DNA of 64,000 bases from an uncultured Gammaproteobacteria bacterium (GTDB lineage: Bacteria; Patescibacteriota; Microgenomatia; Daviesbacterales; UBA10151), in the NCBI GenBank assembly GCA_964625535.1, contig CAZVEX010000003.1, positions 55,524 to 119,523 of the forward strand, in the 5' to 3' direction. Position numbers and translations under genes: made by a program. Below the pieces are notes generated by a model, which made no database searches, was not told the DNA's origin, and saw nothing but the letters and a program-made list of their open reading frames with translations. The first letter of the stretch is position 1. Every line of letters begins with the position of its first letter. Of this stretch, positions 18,797-28,148 are shown in pieces.

Positions 18797-20380
18797 ATGA
18801 ATCCTACCGAAGGCGGATCAGCAGAAGCCCCTACCTTTAGAGCCAGACCAAGAAGTGGATCAACAGGTGCTTCTGAACAACCAGGCCCAGCCGGACCTGG
18901 ACCAACAACCCCGGAAAGACGGGAAATTGATTTCGGAGTAATAGGTAATATATTCCGTGGGGCAGCTTCAAGTTTAAGGGAAACTTTAGGTAAAGGATTA
19001 GGAGAAAGAATAAGACAGGATTTGCCTTCTGATGAAGCGGCCGGAAAATTGGGCGAACAACTTCAACAAAAACTTTCTCGAGCAGTGGTATTTGGACATT
19101 CACTGGTGGATTTTCTTGTTTTAAAACCGGTAGGTGCTGCCTGGCAATCAAAAACAGAGATAGGTGCCGGTATGGCAGCCGGGTTTGTTACAAAAGAAGC
19201 AGCCAAGTTTGCAGCCAGTTTTTTCCTGCCCGGGGGTATTTTGGTAAGAGCAGGCGTGGGAGCTGCGGCAGGTGCGGCCACAGCTACAGCTAAAGAAATT
19301 GTTTCTTCCCACAGAAAATATGCAACCTTTGCCAAGGATTTAAGACAGAGAGTGCCGGACCAAACAGGTATGGCTGAAGTAGCTTTGGCCAAAGAATTTA
19401 AGAATTTGGTAGAAAAGTTTAACTCGACTGCAGACGCCAAACAAAGAGAGCCTCTGTCGGATGAGATCAGAAATCTATCGATATTTATCAAGAATCAGGA
19501 ATGGGCCACTAAAGGCATGGATAGAGCATCAAGCAAAAAGATGGCTATTGACGCATTTCTAAGCGCCGGTTCTGGAGAATTGTCCCAACTTCCCTCTGAA
19601 GCACAGATACAAACCCGAAACTATTTGGAAAGCGCTAAAAAGGTGGAGCGGGGAAGATTGGCCAAAAGAGCTTTGCGGGGAGCGGTTTTTGGGGCGGCCG
19701 GAGGTATTGCCGGAGGGATCCTGGTTGACTGGATTTCTTCTCATCTGGAAGCTACACCGGCTCCCGGTGTTGCCCCTGCTGCTGCCACCGAAACTGCCAC
19801 ACCTGAACCAGCCACAGCCACACCGGAGCCGACTACCACACCCAGACCCGCACCTACTGCTACTGTAGAACCACAAAGACCACCCTTGGCAGCCGCTCCT
19901 GACACTCAACCCGCAGCTCCGCCGGCCCCGGCCGAGGCGGGAGCGCCTATCCAACCACCCGAGGCTCCGGCCGCTCCGGGGGCCCAACCGGCAGCAGCCC
20001 CCGCACCGGCTGAAACTGCCGCTACCGAACCCCTCCCACCCACTAAAGCTCCCACCGGCGCCATGGTCGAAGGCTCTACCGCAGACAACACCCTCACTTA
20101 TGACGGCAAACCATGGGTAATTGTGGATAACGGAGTAAAAAACATCGGCAATTTGTTCAAAGCCGTGGGAGAGTCCGGCTATGAAGTTGACCAACAAGCC
20201 CTGGCATCCAAATTGCAAGAAGCCACTGACATGTGGGCTCATGGACAACTGCAGTACTCCAGCGACCCTGATCTTTTTAGAATTTTCCATTTGAGCAACG
20301 GCACAGCCAGTGTTTATAATGATCTTCTTAATGATGATACACTGGAATCATTGAAAAAATTAGGGGTAGTGAAAAAATAA
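18797..20380 (+). CDS. Hypothetical protein with glycine-zipper segments and a Pro/Ala/Thr-rich linker
   Basis: AGVGAAAGAATA and GAVFGAAGGIAGG segments, a long PAT-rich stretch and a globular C-terminus. Confidence 0.75.
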   Translation: MNPTEGGSAEAPTFRARPRSGSTGASEQPGPAGPGPTTPERREIDFGVIGNIFRGAASSLRETLGKGLGERIRQDLPSDEAAGKLGEQLQQKLSRAVVFGHSLVDFLVLKPVGAAWQSKTEIGAGMAAGFVTKEAAKFAASFFLPGGILVRAGVGAAAGAATATAKEIVSSHRKYATFAKDLRQRVPDQTGMAEVALAKEFKNLVEKFNSTADAKQREPLSDEIRNLSIFIKNQEWATKGMDRASSKKMAIDAFLSAGSGELSQLPSEAQIQTRNYLESAKKVERGRLAKRALRGAVFGAAGGIAGGILVDWISSHLEATPAPGVAPAAATETATPEPATATPEPTTTPRPAPTATVEPQRPPLAAAPDTQPAAPPAPAEAGAPIQPPEAPAAPGAQPAAAPAPAETAATEPLPPTKAPTGAMVEGSTADNTLTYDGKPWVIVDNGVKNIGNLFKAVGESGYEVDQQALASKLQEATDMWAHGQLQYSSDPDLFRIFHLSNGTASVYNDLLNDDTLESLKKLGVVKK

Positions 20381-20381
20381 C

Positions 20382-20702
20382 ATGGACCAAAAATTAGATG
20401 CTTATATTGAATCGCTGGTTTTAGGGATCATGGCCGATCCGGGTCTTAACGTCCTGCCCCAAGAAGAAAAAGATCAGTATACCCAAAAATTGCGGGATCA
20501 CTTTCATAAGTTAATTTTGGATACCCTGTTAAACAGGCTTTCTCCAGAGCAACAGGCGGAAATAGGAAAGCTAAAGGAGAATCAGGAAGAGATGGAAAAT
20601 AAAATTGAAGAATTTGCCATTTCCATACCCAATCTGGCCCAGGATATTGAAGAAAGATTAAACAGGGAAGTTGAGGCCATGAAACAGGCATTGATACCCT
20701 AA
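20382..20702 (+). CDS. Small acidic helical hypothetical protein (possibly DUF5663-like)
   Basis: Starts 1 nt after the upstream stop. LPQEEK...ILDTLLNRLS pattern. Confidence 0.65.
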   Translation: MDQKLDAYIESLVLGIMADPGLNVLPQEEKDQYTQKLRDHFHKLILDTLLNRLSPEQQAEIGKLKENQEEMENKIEEFAISIPNLAQDIEERLNREVEAMKQALIP

Positions 20703-20718
20703 GATCTTTTTTGATAGA

Positions 20719-22908
20719 ATGCGGCCAGTGGCCAGGAGCAGACAAAAAAACAATTTCAAACCTACCCCTCCCCAGATTATCTTCCTTTTGGTCAAATTTT
20801 TGCTCATTAAAATTGGCCAAATACCAATTTTGGTTATCCGGCTACCCAAATTAAAACTTCCCTCTTTTGAGTTTCCCCGTCTACCGTCTCATCGCGGCCG
20901 ACCTAAAAAACATAGAATCCCCCGCAAATATAAAATAGCTTTTTTGGCCATACTTTTTACTTTTTCCTTTTTCCTTTATACTTATTTTACCATCCAGGCC
21001 GCTCGAACCCTTCCTTCCCCCACCAAACTGACTGCCACCGACACTCCCTTGACCACCGAGTTTTTCGACAGAAACAACACTCTTTTATACCGGCTTTATG
21101 AAGGCAGAAACCGCACTTTAGTCAATTTAAATGATCTGCCAAAACACCTAATTCAAGCTACCATTGCCATTGAGGATAAAAATTTCTATTCCCACCCAGG
21201 TTTTGATCTTCAAGCTATTTCGCGGGCTACTATTCATAATCTACGCACCGGCGAAAAACAAGGAGCTTCCACCATTACCCAGCAGTTGATTAAAAACACC
21301 CTGCTCACCCCGGAAAAAACTATCTCACGCAAAGCTAAAGAAATTTTCTTGGCTTTTTGGGCAGAGAGAATTTATTCCAAAGATGAAATTTTGCAGATGT
21401 ACTTTAATGAAGCTCCATACGGCGGCCCGGCCTGGGGCATTGAGGCAGCCTCTGAAACCTATTTTGGCAAGGAGGCCCGCGATTTAAATTTGGCAGAAAG
21501 CTCTTTTTTGGCCGGTCTGCCTGCTTCCCCAACCGAATTTAGTCCTTACGGAACCAAGCCGGAACTGGCTAAAGAACGCCAAAAACAGGTGCTCGAGCGC
21601 ATGGTGGAAGACCACTACATTTCCAAAGAACAGGCTGATGAGGCTTTTTCGGAGAAACTGGCCCTTTTACCCAGAAGCGACCAGATTAAAGCCCCTCATT
21701 TTGTGATGTATGTGCGAGATCTTCTTTCCCAAAAATACGGACCACGGGTAGTTTCCCAAGGCGGTTTAAAGATCCACACTACTTTAGACCTTGGCCTGCA
21801 GGAAAAAGTGGAGGAAATTGTTAAACAAGACATAAAAGACTTAAGTAACTTAAATGTAAATAATGGAGCTGCCATGGTGACAGATGCCGAAACCGCAGAG
21901 ATTTTGGCCATGGCGGGCTCCAGAGATTACCATTATCCGGACTTTGGCAACTTTAATGTCACCACTGCCTTAAGACAGCCGGGTTCTTCCATTAAAGTAG
22001 TCACTTATGTAACGGCTTTCAAAAAAGGTTACTCCCCTGGCAATACCATGCTGGATATACCTGCCTCATTCAAAGACGGCACCAAAAATTATTCTCCGGT
22101 TAACTATGACGGAAAATACCACGGACCTGTTTCAATCAGGACAGCCTTGGGCTCATCTTATAATGTGTCGGCAGTCAAAATGCTGGCCACAGTCGGTATT
22201 GAAGATATGATCCAAACTGCCCGCGATCTGGGAATAACCACTTTTAATGACACCGGTCGATACGGGCTATCGCTCACTCTGGGTGGCGGAGAAGTCAAAA
22301 TGATTGATATGATTTCTGTTTATGGAACTTTAGCGCAAAATGGGTATAAAAAGTATCCAACACCCATTTTAAAAATAACCGATTCCAACGGCAATATTCT
22401 GGAAGAATATGAAGATGTGGGTCAACAGGTACTTCAGCCGGAAATAGCCTATCTTATAACCGATATTTTAAAAGATAACAGGGCCAGGACTCCGGCTTTC
22501 GGTCCCAATTCCCTGCTCAATATCCCGGGCTTCGAGGTGGCTGCAAAAACCGGCACTTCGGATAATAAAAGGGATAACTGGACTTTTGGCTATACCCCCC
22601 AATATGTGGTGGGCGTGTGGGTGGGTAATAATGATAACTCCCCCATGAACCCTACTCTTTCGTCTGGTGTGACCGGAGCAGCCCCAATTTGGAATAAAAT
22701 CATGCATGCTCTTTTGGATGGAACTGAAAGAGTGAGTTTTGAAAAACCCTCGGGGGTGATTGAAGTGGCAGTTGATGGAAGAAAGGATTTGGCAGTAGCC
22801 AGTATCTTGCCCAAATCTTTGGTCAGGGTCTTCAAACAGGAGGACAAACTTACTTTCCGCGACGCCTTTACAGCCTATGCCACCTCATCAGCCAGTTTAA
22901 CTCCCTAA
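20719..22908 (+). CDS. Class A penicillin-binding protein (PBP1A family)
   Basis: Transglycosylase motifs EDKNFYSH, GASTITQQLIK and RKAKE. Transpeptidase motifs GSSIK, SYN and KTGT. True start may be GTG 20728. Confidence 0.95.
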   Translation: MRPVARSRQKNNFKPTPPQIIFLLVKFLLIKIGQIPILVIRLPKLKLPSFEFPRLPSHRGRPKKHRIPRKYKIAFLAILFTFSFFLYTYFTIQAARTLPSPTKLTATDTPLTTEFFDRNNTLLYRLYEGRNRTLVNLNDLPKHLIQATIAIEDKNFYSHPGFDLQAISRATIHNLRTGEKQGASTITQQLIKNTLLTPEKTISRKAKEIFLAFWAERIYSKDEILQMYFNEAPYGGPAWGIEAASETYFGKEARDLNLAESSFLAGLPASPTEFSPYGTKPELAKERQKQVLERMVEDHYISKEQADEAFSEKLALLPRSDQIKAPHFVMYVRDLLSQKYGPRVVSQGGLKIHTTLDLGLQEKVEEIVKQDIKDLSNLNVNNGAAMVTDAETAEILAMAGSRDYHYPDFGNFNVTTALRQPGSSIKVVTYVTAFKKGYSPGNTMLDIPASFKDGTKNYSPVNYDGKYHGPVSIRTALGSSYNVSAVKMLATVGIEDMIQTARDLGITTFNDTGRYGLSLTLGGGEVKMIDMISVYGTLAQNGYKKYPTPILKITDSNGNILEEYEDVGQQVLQPEIAYLITDILKDNRARTPAFGPNSLLNIPGFEVAAKTGTSDNKRDNWTFGYTPQYVVGVWVGNNDNSPMNPTLSSGVTGAAPIWNKIMHALLDGTERVSFEKPSGVIEVAVDGRKDLAVASILPKSLVRVFKQEDKLTFRDAFTAYATSSASLTP

Positions 22909-23300
22909 CCCAATACCACCCAGCCGCGTAAGTCTTTTTTAGGGAATTTTAAAGGAGAAGTTATAAAAGGATCCACTTCCCCGATAAAAATTAAAGTGCC
23001 AAAACGGCTGTCTTTTTTACTTTCCCAGTAATCTTCCCCTGCTGTAATCTCTTTTCCGTAGTCTTTTTTCAAGTTATTTAAGTCATTTTGGGAGAGTCCG
23101 TCAAAAAAGAACACTTTTTGTACTCGGAATTGACCAATAGGATCTCCTCCGGAAGGTTTGATGTAAACTAAATCTCCCGGGGCGACTGCCCCAAAAGGCG
23201 GATTTTTCCTTCTGGAAAAGCGGGATTCCATGGTTTTTTCACCGGATAAAATTTTCTCCCCCACCCCCTTTGTAAAAATAGCCAGATGTTTTGTCATCAT
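22905..23300 (-). CDS. ASCH/PUA-like domain protein
   Basis: ILSGEKTMESR...PGDLVYIK signature (GxKxxExR). Confidence 0.8.
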   Translation of the reverse strand: MMTKHLAIFTKGVGEKILSGEKTMESRFSRRKNPPFGAVAPGDLVYIKPSGGDPIGQFRVQKVFFFDGLSQNDLNNLKKDYGKEITAGEDYWESKKDSRFGTLIFIGEVDPFITSPLKFPKKDLRGWVVLG

Positions 23301-23350
23301 GCGAATTATACCATCTTGACAAACTGATAGCTTATGATAAGTTTGTTTCT

Positions 23351-23686
23351 ATGACAGCAGAGGTAGTGACAAGTCGCTCGATAGAAGCATGTTCAAGGCA
23401 TACAGCAGGATTGAGGTTTCGCGAGAGGGTGGCAGAAAGATTAAAGGCTGTGGTTTTAGGCACAGTCGTAGCCAGCATCGGAGTGGTAGCCTCTTTAGCT
23501 ATTGGCCCGGCTTTTGTCCAAAGAGGCCTTGAGCTGGCAGATATAACTTTGCCGCTATTGGGCGTTACCTTTAATATCCTGCCCGGTGTGGGAATGATGG
23601 TCGGTGGCGCAGGCGTAGTCGCAGAAGGGGTCACAGGTAGAACAAATAGGATCGTGACCATAATGGCAGGCTTATTACAATCTTGA
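23351..23686 (+). CDS. Small membrane hypothetical protein
   Basis: Two hydrophobic segments. Divergent from the ASCH gene, with TTGACA upstream. Confidence 0.55.
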   Translation: MTAEVVTSRSIEACSRHTAGLRFRERVAERLKAVVLGTVVASIGVVASLAIGPAFVQRGLELADITLPLLGVTFNILPGVGMMVGGAGVVAEGVTGRTNRIVTIMAGLLQS

Positions 23687-23823
23687 CAAATCAGAACCTG
23701 TGGATCCCGGAATAACTAATCCTACCTTTGTTGCTTTAAGAAGAATCAAACCTGATGGTATAATTGAATGGTATGTGGAAATGGAAAATCCATCTGTTGC
23801 AGGAAATAGGCTATAATATACAT

Positions 23824-24105
23824 ATGTCTCCAGAAAGTGAAATTAAACGTAGGCAACCCAGACTTCAACCCGAAGCAATTGCACTGGTACAAAAGGCGCT
23901 CGGAGAGGGTTTATTGTCACAGCTGACAGAAAGACAACAATCCGTTCTTAGTGCAAGATATGACCATAATCCGCCTCCAACCTTAGAAGATGTAGCTAGA
24001 CAACTTTATCCTGATCATCCAAATCCCAGAGTTGCAAAAGGCAATGTCAGCGAGGCAGAACGAGCCGGACTAAAACGGCTTAAAGGGTTGTTAGGTTTAA
24101 GATAA
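23824..24105 (+). CDS. Stand-alone sigma-70 region 4-like protein
   Basis: LSQLTERQQSVLSARY...TLEDVARQL...VSEAERAGLKRLK. Upstream TATAAT-N6-ATG. Confidence 0.65.
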   Translation: MSPESEIKRRQPRLQPEAIALVQKALGEGLLSQLTERQQSVLSARYDHNPPPTLEDVARQLYPDHPNPRVAKGNVSEAERAGLKRLKGLLGLR

Positions 24106-24115
24106 AGTGAACCCC

Positions 24116-24176
24116 TTGCCATCCCTTAAACTTTCTGTTACACTTGACAAAGTCCTCCTAAACTAAGGAGGATTTT
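24116..24176 (+). promoter_or_regulatory. secE operon promoter and SD-sequestering hairpin
   Basis: TTGCCA-N17-TACACT (24116-24144), then TCCTCCT-AAACTA-AGGAGGA followed by a T-run just before the ATG. Confidence 0.6.
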
Positions 24177-24178
24177 TA

Positions 24179-24373
24179 ATGCCCAATATATTTAATTTTT
24201 TAAAAGAAGTTAAGGAGGAGTTAAATAAGGTGGTTTGGCCAACCAGAGATCAAACCATCAGATACACCATTTTGGTGATTGTGGTGGCTGTGGTTGTGGG
24301 AGCTATTTTGGGAGGTTTGGATTATTTTTTGACCATCCTGACAGACTTTTTAATTAAAAACTATGGAAGATAA
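24179..24373 (+). CDS. secE: Preprotein translocase subunit SecE
   Basis: FLKEVKEELNKVVWPT plus one TM helix, upstream of nusG. Confidence 0.96.
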   Translation: MPNIFNFLKEVKEELNKVVWPTRDQTIRYTILVIVVAVVVGAILGGLDYFLTILTDFLIKNYGR

Positions 24374-24917
24374 AGATAAAAACAAAGACAATCCCAATGC
24401 CAAATGGTATGTAGTCCATACCTACTCCGGCCATGAGAATAAAGTGGCGGCCACCCTGAAACAGCGGATTGAGTCCGAACATCTGGAAGAGCAAATCCTG
24501 GAAATTCTGGTTCCCATGCAGGATAAAATTGAGATCAAATCCGGCAAAAAAGCCGAGGTTAAAGAAAAACTCTTTCCCGGGTATATTTTGGTTAAAATGG
24601 TTTTAAATGATGTTTCATGGCTGGCTGTGCGCACCACCCCTGGAGTAACCGCCTTTGTCGGCATGGGCAACAAACCCACTCCCATTTCTGATCAAGAAGT
24701 TGCTACTATTGTCAAATTTACCAAGGAACAGACCCCCATGTATAAACAGGTCTTTGCCGCAGATGACACAGTCAAGATTGTTGACGGTCCATTTGCCGAA
24801 TTCATCGGTAAGGTGGATTCTGTGGATCAGGAAAAGGGTAAAATCAAGGTTTTGGTGTCCATTTTTGGCCGGGAAACACCAGTGGAACTGGACTTTTTAC
24901 AGGTGCAAAAAATATAA
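24363..24917 (+). CDS. nusG: Transcription termination/antitermination factor NusG
   Basis: WYVVHTYSGHE, FPGYILV and the KOW region IVDGPF...IFGRETPVEL. Confidence 0.98.
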   Translation: MEDKDKNKDNPNAKWYVVHTYSGHENKVAATLKQRIESEHLEEQILEILVPMQDKIEIKSGKKAEVKEKLFPGYILVKMVLNDVSWLAVRTTPGVTAFVGMGNKPTPISDQEVATIVKFTKEQTPMYKQVFAADDTVKIVDGPFAEFIGKVDSVDQEKGKIKVLVSIFGRETPVELDFLQVQKI

Positions 24918-25343
24918 ATGGCTAAAAAGATTAAGACATATATTAAACTAAATATTCCTGCAGGTGAGGCTACTCCTGCTCCTCCTGTGGGCCCTGCGCT
25001 GGGCCAGCATGGTTTACCCATCATGGAATTTGTCAAAGCCTTTAATGATAAAACCGCAGAGAAAAAAGGCAATATTTTACCTGTTGTCATCACGGTTTAT
25101 GAAGACAGAACTTTTGCTTTTATTACCAAAGAGCCGCCCGTGGCGGAAATGATCAAAAAGACCCTAAATCTGGAAAAAGGCTCCGGCAAAGCTCTAAAAG
25201 AACCTGTGGGAAGTTTAACCCTGGATCAGGTAAGAAAAATTACCGAGGCCAAACTGCCGGATTTAAACACCAAAAATGTCGAGGCGGCCATGAAGATTGT
25301 CGAAGGCACAGCCAGAAGTATGGGAGTAAAGATTAATGGGTAA
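24918..25343 (+). CDS. rplK: 50S ribosomal protein L11
   Basis: [15 protein letters not shown] and GTARSMG. Confidence 0.98.
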   Translation: MAKKIKTYIKLNIPAGEATPAPPVGPALGQHGLPIMEFVKAFNDKTAEKKGNILPVVITVYEDRTFAFITKEPPVAEMIKKTLNLEKGSGKALKEPVGSLTLDQVRKITEAKLPDLNTKNVEAAMKIVEGTARSMGVKING

Positions 25344-26187
25344 AACTAAAATAAAAACAATTGATGATTCTGTGGCTCCTAAAAAAGAGCGAGTTTACCC
25401 CGAGCGAAGTCGAGGGGATGAGTTAGTGGAAAAATTAAAAGCAGAACTGGGAATAGAAAAAACAGAAAAACCAACACAGCCTAAAGCAGTTGTTAAGACA
25501 GCAGTTAAGACAGATGTAAAGACAAAACCAAAAAAACAAGAAAAAGTAGAATCGTCCCAACAAAGATCCAAAAAATACCTGGAAAAAGCCAAAGACCTAG
25601 ACAGGAACAAATTTTATCCCCTGCCAGAAGCTCTGGAATTGGTGAAAAAGCTATCTTATTCCAAATTTGACGGCACATTGGAAGCACATGTCAATACAAT
25701 CCAGGCTAATCTGCGAGGGTTTGTTTCTTTACCCTTTTCATCCGGCAAGAAGCTTAAAATTCTTATTTTTGGTTCCTCGGCTGGGCTCGAGGGAGTTATC
25801 TCGGGTAATGATGAAACTATTGAAGAAATTACCAAAGGGAAAGTTGATTTTGATTTAATCATTACCACTCCGCAGTGGATGCCTAAACTTGCCAAAGTAG
25901 CCAGAATTTTGGGTCCTAAAGGTTTAATGCCAAACCCCAAAAACGGCACAATCGCGGACGATATAAAAAAAGCTGTGGAGAGTTTTCAGGCCGGAAAAAC
26001 AGAGTATAAAACAGAACCCAAGGCTCCTATAATCCATCTGGCTCTAGGTAAATTAGGTCAACCTGATGAAGAACTGACGGCCAATGTTAAAACTCTTTTG
26101 CAGACCGTCGGCAAAACCAGAATTAAAAAGGTAACTTTATCCCCCACCATGGGGCCTGGCGTAAAGCTGGATCTAGCTTCTCTTTAG
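25336..26187 (+). CDS. rplA: 50S ribosomal protein L1 with Lys-rich N-terminal extension
   Basis: [21 protein letters not shown] and SPTMGPGV. Confidence 0.96.
   Translation: MGKTKIKTIDDSVAPKKERVYPERSRGDELVEKLKAELGIEKTEKPTQPKAVVKTAVKTDVKTKPKKQEKVESSQQRSKKYLEKAKDLDRNKFYPLPEALELVKKLSYSKFDGTLEAHVNTIQANLRGFVSLPFSSGKKLKILIFGSSAGLEGVISGNDETIEEITKGKVDFDLIITTPQWMPKLAKVARILGPKGLMPNPKNGTIADDIKKAVESFQAGKTEYKTEPKAPIIHLALGKLGQPDEELTANVKTLLQTVGKTRIKKVTLSPTMGPGVKLDLASL
25394..25416 (-). repeat. REP-like dispersed element inserted in frame in the rplA extension
   Basis: TTTACCCCGAGCGAAGTCGAGGG, in reverse orientation to the 5511-5533 copy. Encodes (V)YPERSRG. Confidence 0.6.
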
Positions 26188-27174
26188 AGCCTTTTTCAAA
26201 ATTATTCCCAAATTAATCTTTAAACTATAAATTGAGATTAAGCCAAAGATCAGCACAAACAAAGCTGATAAGATATGAAACAAAACTATCATGCTTGATG
26301 CCAAATTAGGGTCCATACCAAACACTCCGGAAAGAATCACCAGGCCGGAAGCTTCGGCTGAACCGATATAACCCGGCGCTGCAGGTATAAGATAGGTCAG
26401 AGCAGACAGCAACTGGCCCAGATACATTTTTACAAAAGGCTGAATTGTACCCAAAGATAAAAAGGTAAAATACCAAATAGCCCCGTCTGCGGCGTAAGCC
26501 AAAATTGTTATCCCCATCATAAAACCTAAATCTTTTGGGTGTCTTCTCAAGACAGAAAAAGAGTCTAAAAGAAATTGACTAAATCGCTCAAAATATATCT
26601 TAATATGCTTTTCTACCAATAGATGGCTCAATAATTTGAATAGTTTTTTGGCAGAACTTGTTCTGTAAATCATTAAATAGGTTAAGAAAAGGCCAATAAA
26701 AAATATAATCATTATAATAATTATAAAAGCTATACTTAAAGAGGTTGGAACTAGAAAAAAAAAGCCGGCGGCCAAAATAAGCACTACTAAAAAATCCACA
26801 AACCTGTCCAGGAAAATCCAAATTACAGATTTACCTAAGCTTAAATTAAATCTGGTATTTAAATATACTCCTTTAGCCACCTCCCCTGCCCTGATGGGAA
26901 TAAAAAAATTCAACATCTGTGCCAAACCGTTTAAAAGAACAAGGTCTTTGAGGGGAATTTTTTTGATCTCCGAGAAAAAAATCTTCAGTCTGACGGCTCT
27001 TAAAAATGCCGACAAAAACATAAAAGCAAATACCGGTATTACGACAAACGGATTGATCTTGGAGAAAGCGGCGAAAATCTCCCGAATATTAACAAATCGA
27101 AGCCAGATTAAAACCAAAATAGCGCCAATGACGGTGTTTAGCAAAACCTTTAATAAATTACGAGTTGATAACAT
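26173..27174 (-). CDS. Flippase-like/lysylphosphatidylglycerol synthase TM domain protein (UPF0104)
   Basis: LRAVR, NFFIPIRAGE, DRFVD and PAAPGYIGSAE, with multiple TM helices. Confidence 0.85.
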   Translation of the reverse strand: MLSTRNLLKVLLNTVIGAILVLIWLRFVNIREIFAAFSKINPFVVIPVFAFMFLSAFLRAVRLKIFFSEIKKIPLKDLVLLNGLAQMLNFFIPIRAGEVAKGVYLNTRFNLSLGKSVIWIFLDRFVDFLVVLILAAGFFFLVPTSLSIAFIIIIMIIFFIGLFLTYLMIYRTSSAKKLFKLLSHLLVEKHIKIYFERFSQFLLDSFSVLRRHPKDLGFMMGITILAYAADGAIWYFTFLSLGTIQPFVKMYLGQLLSALTYLIPAAPGYIGSAEASGLVILSGVFGMDPNLASSMIVLFHILSALFVLIFGLISIYSLKINLGIILKKALKRS

Positions 27175-27205
27175 CCCATTTAACAATATACACTATTATT
27201 ATCTT

Positions 27206-28045
27206 ATGATGTTTTCCAGTTTAAAATCCAGAATTCTTTTGGGAGCATATATCCTATTGCTTATTGCCATTCCTGTTGGCTCTTATCTTATTTCCCAGCA
27301 GCAAACCTTAACTTCGAAGGCGGCTCAACTTAAAAAAACCAAGGTGGCCACAGAGTCTCCTACGCCTGCTCCATCTCCAAAATCCCGACTTGTTTTACCC
27401 AGTCCTCAACCATCAACTCCCGCAACAACCACCACCACTACCACCTCCTTTGGGCCAACTTTGTCAGGTTCGGTCAGGTCTGAAGGAAGGCCGGAGGGCC
27501 AGCAGGCCGGTAAACTTTTTGTGGGAATTCTGGAAAATTTAGTTAATAACCCCACTTTTTTATTAAGTTTCACTGTAGATTTGCCAGCAACAGGCGAGTT
27601 TAAAGACCTATCTTTGGCAGGTTTAAGCTCCGGGAGAAATTACTTTGCCGTTTTAAAGGGTGCTGCTCAAATTGCCGCCTCCAGCGTTTTTACCATATCT
27701 CCTAATGTCACCAGATTGGAAAACGGTAATCCTATGAATTTGCTGTCAGGGGATTTGAATGAGGATAATGCGGTAACAGCCGCAGATTATGACCTTGCCA
27801 AGCTGGCTCTGGCCACAACCAAAGCCTCTCCCAAATGGAATGAGCTGGCTGATCTAAATAAGGATGGAGTGGTTAATCTTTTGGATTTGGGGTTGATTTC
27901 CAAAAATCTGGGTAAAGTGGGAGCAACCGGAGTTTGGGTATCTCCCCAACCCAAAACAGCCACCCCTTCGGCAAGCTCAGGGCAAGCCCCTTCAGCAGGC
28001 TCGGCAGGCCAACAAGGCTACTGGATCTTTGTCCCCAATCTTTAA
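27206..28045 (+). CDS. Membrane-anchored protein with a dockerin type I-like duplicated Ca-binding motif
   Basis: N-terminal TM, a P/T/S linker, GDLNEDNAVTAADY and ADLNKDGVVNLLDL. Start moved to ATG 27206. Confidence 0.8.
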   Translation: MMFSSLKSRILLGAYILLLIAIPVGSYLISQQQTLTSKAAQLKKTKVATESPTPAPSPKSRLVLPSPQPSTPATTTTTTTSFGPTLSGSVRSEGRPEGQQAGKLFVGILENLVNNPTFLLSFTVDLPATGEFKDLSLAGLSSGRNYFAVLKGAAQIAASSVFTISPNVTRLENGNPMNLLSGDLNEDNAVTAADYDLAKLALATTKASPKWNELADLNKDGVVNLLDLGLISKNLGKVGATGVWVSPQPKTATPSASSGQAPSAGSAGQQGYWIFVPNL

Positions 28046-28047
28046 AC

Positions 28048-28146
28048 TTGACAAACTACTGATAAATTCATACAATACAAAGGCTTAAGACAGTGGGCAT
28101 CATAAGACCCACCGAGGCGGGAAAGAGCGCCTCGCGGCGCTTTTTT
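28048..28146 (+). promoter_or_regulatory. rplJL promoter and ribosomal protein L10 leader
   Basis: TTGACA-N17-TACAAT (28048-28076). AAGACAGTGGG...CCCACCGAGG is an L10-leader-type core, followed by a GC-rich hairpin and T-run before rplJ. Confidence 0.75.
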
Positions 28147-28148
28147 AT

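Noticed and set aside
19559-20290. 243-aa minus-strand Gly/Arg/Cys-rich ORF
   Set aside because: It is the antisense shadow of the GC-rich Pro/Ala linker in 18797-20380.
26894-27205. 104-aa N-terminal extension of the dockerin-like ORF
   Set aside because: It overlaps the opposite-strand flippase-like gene. ATG 27206 gives a normal signal-anchor start.
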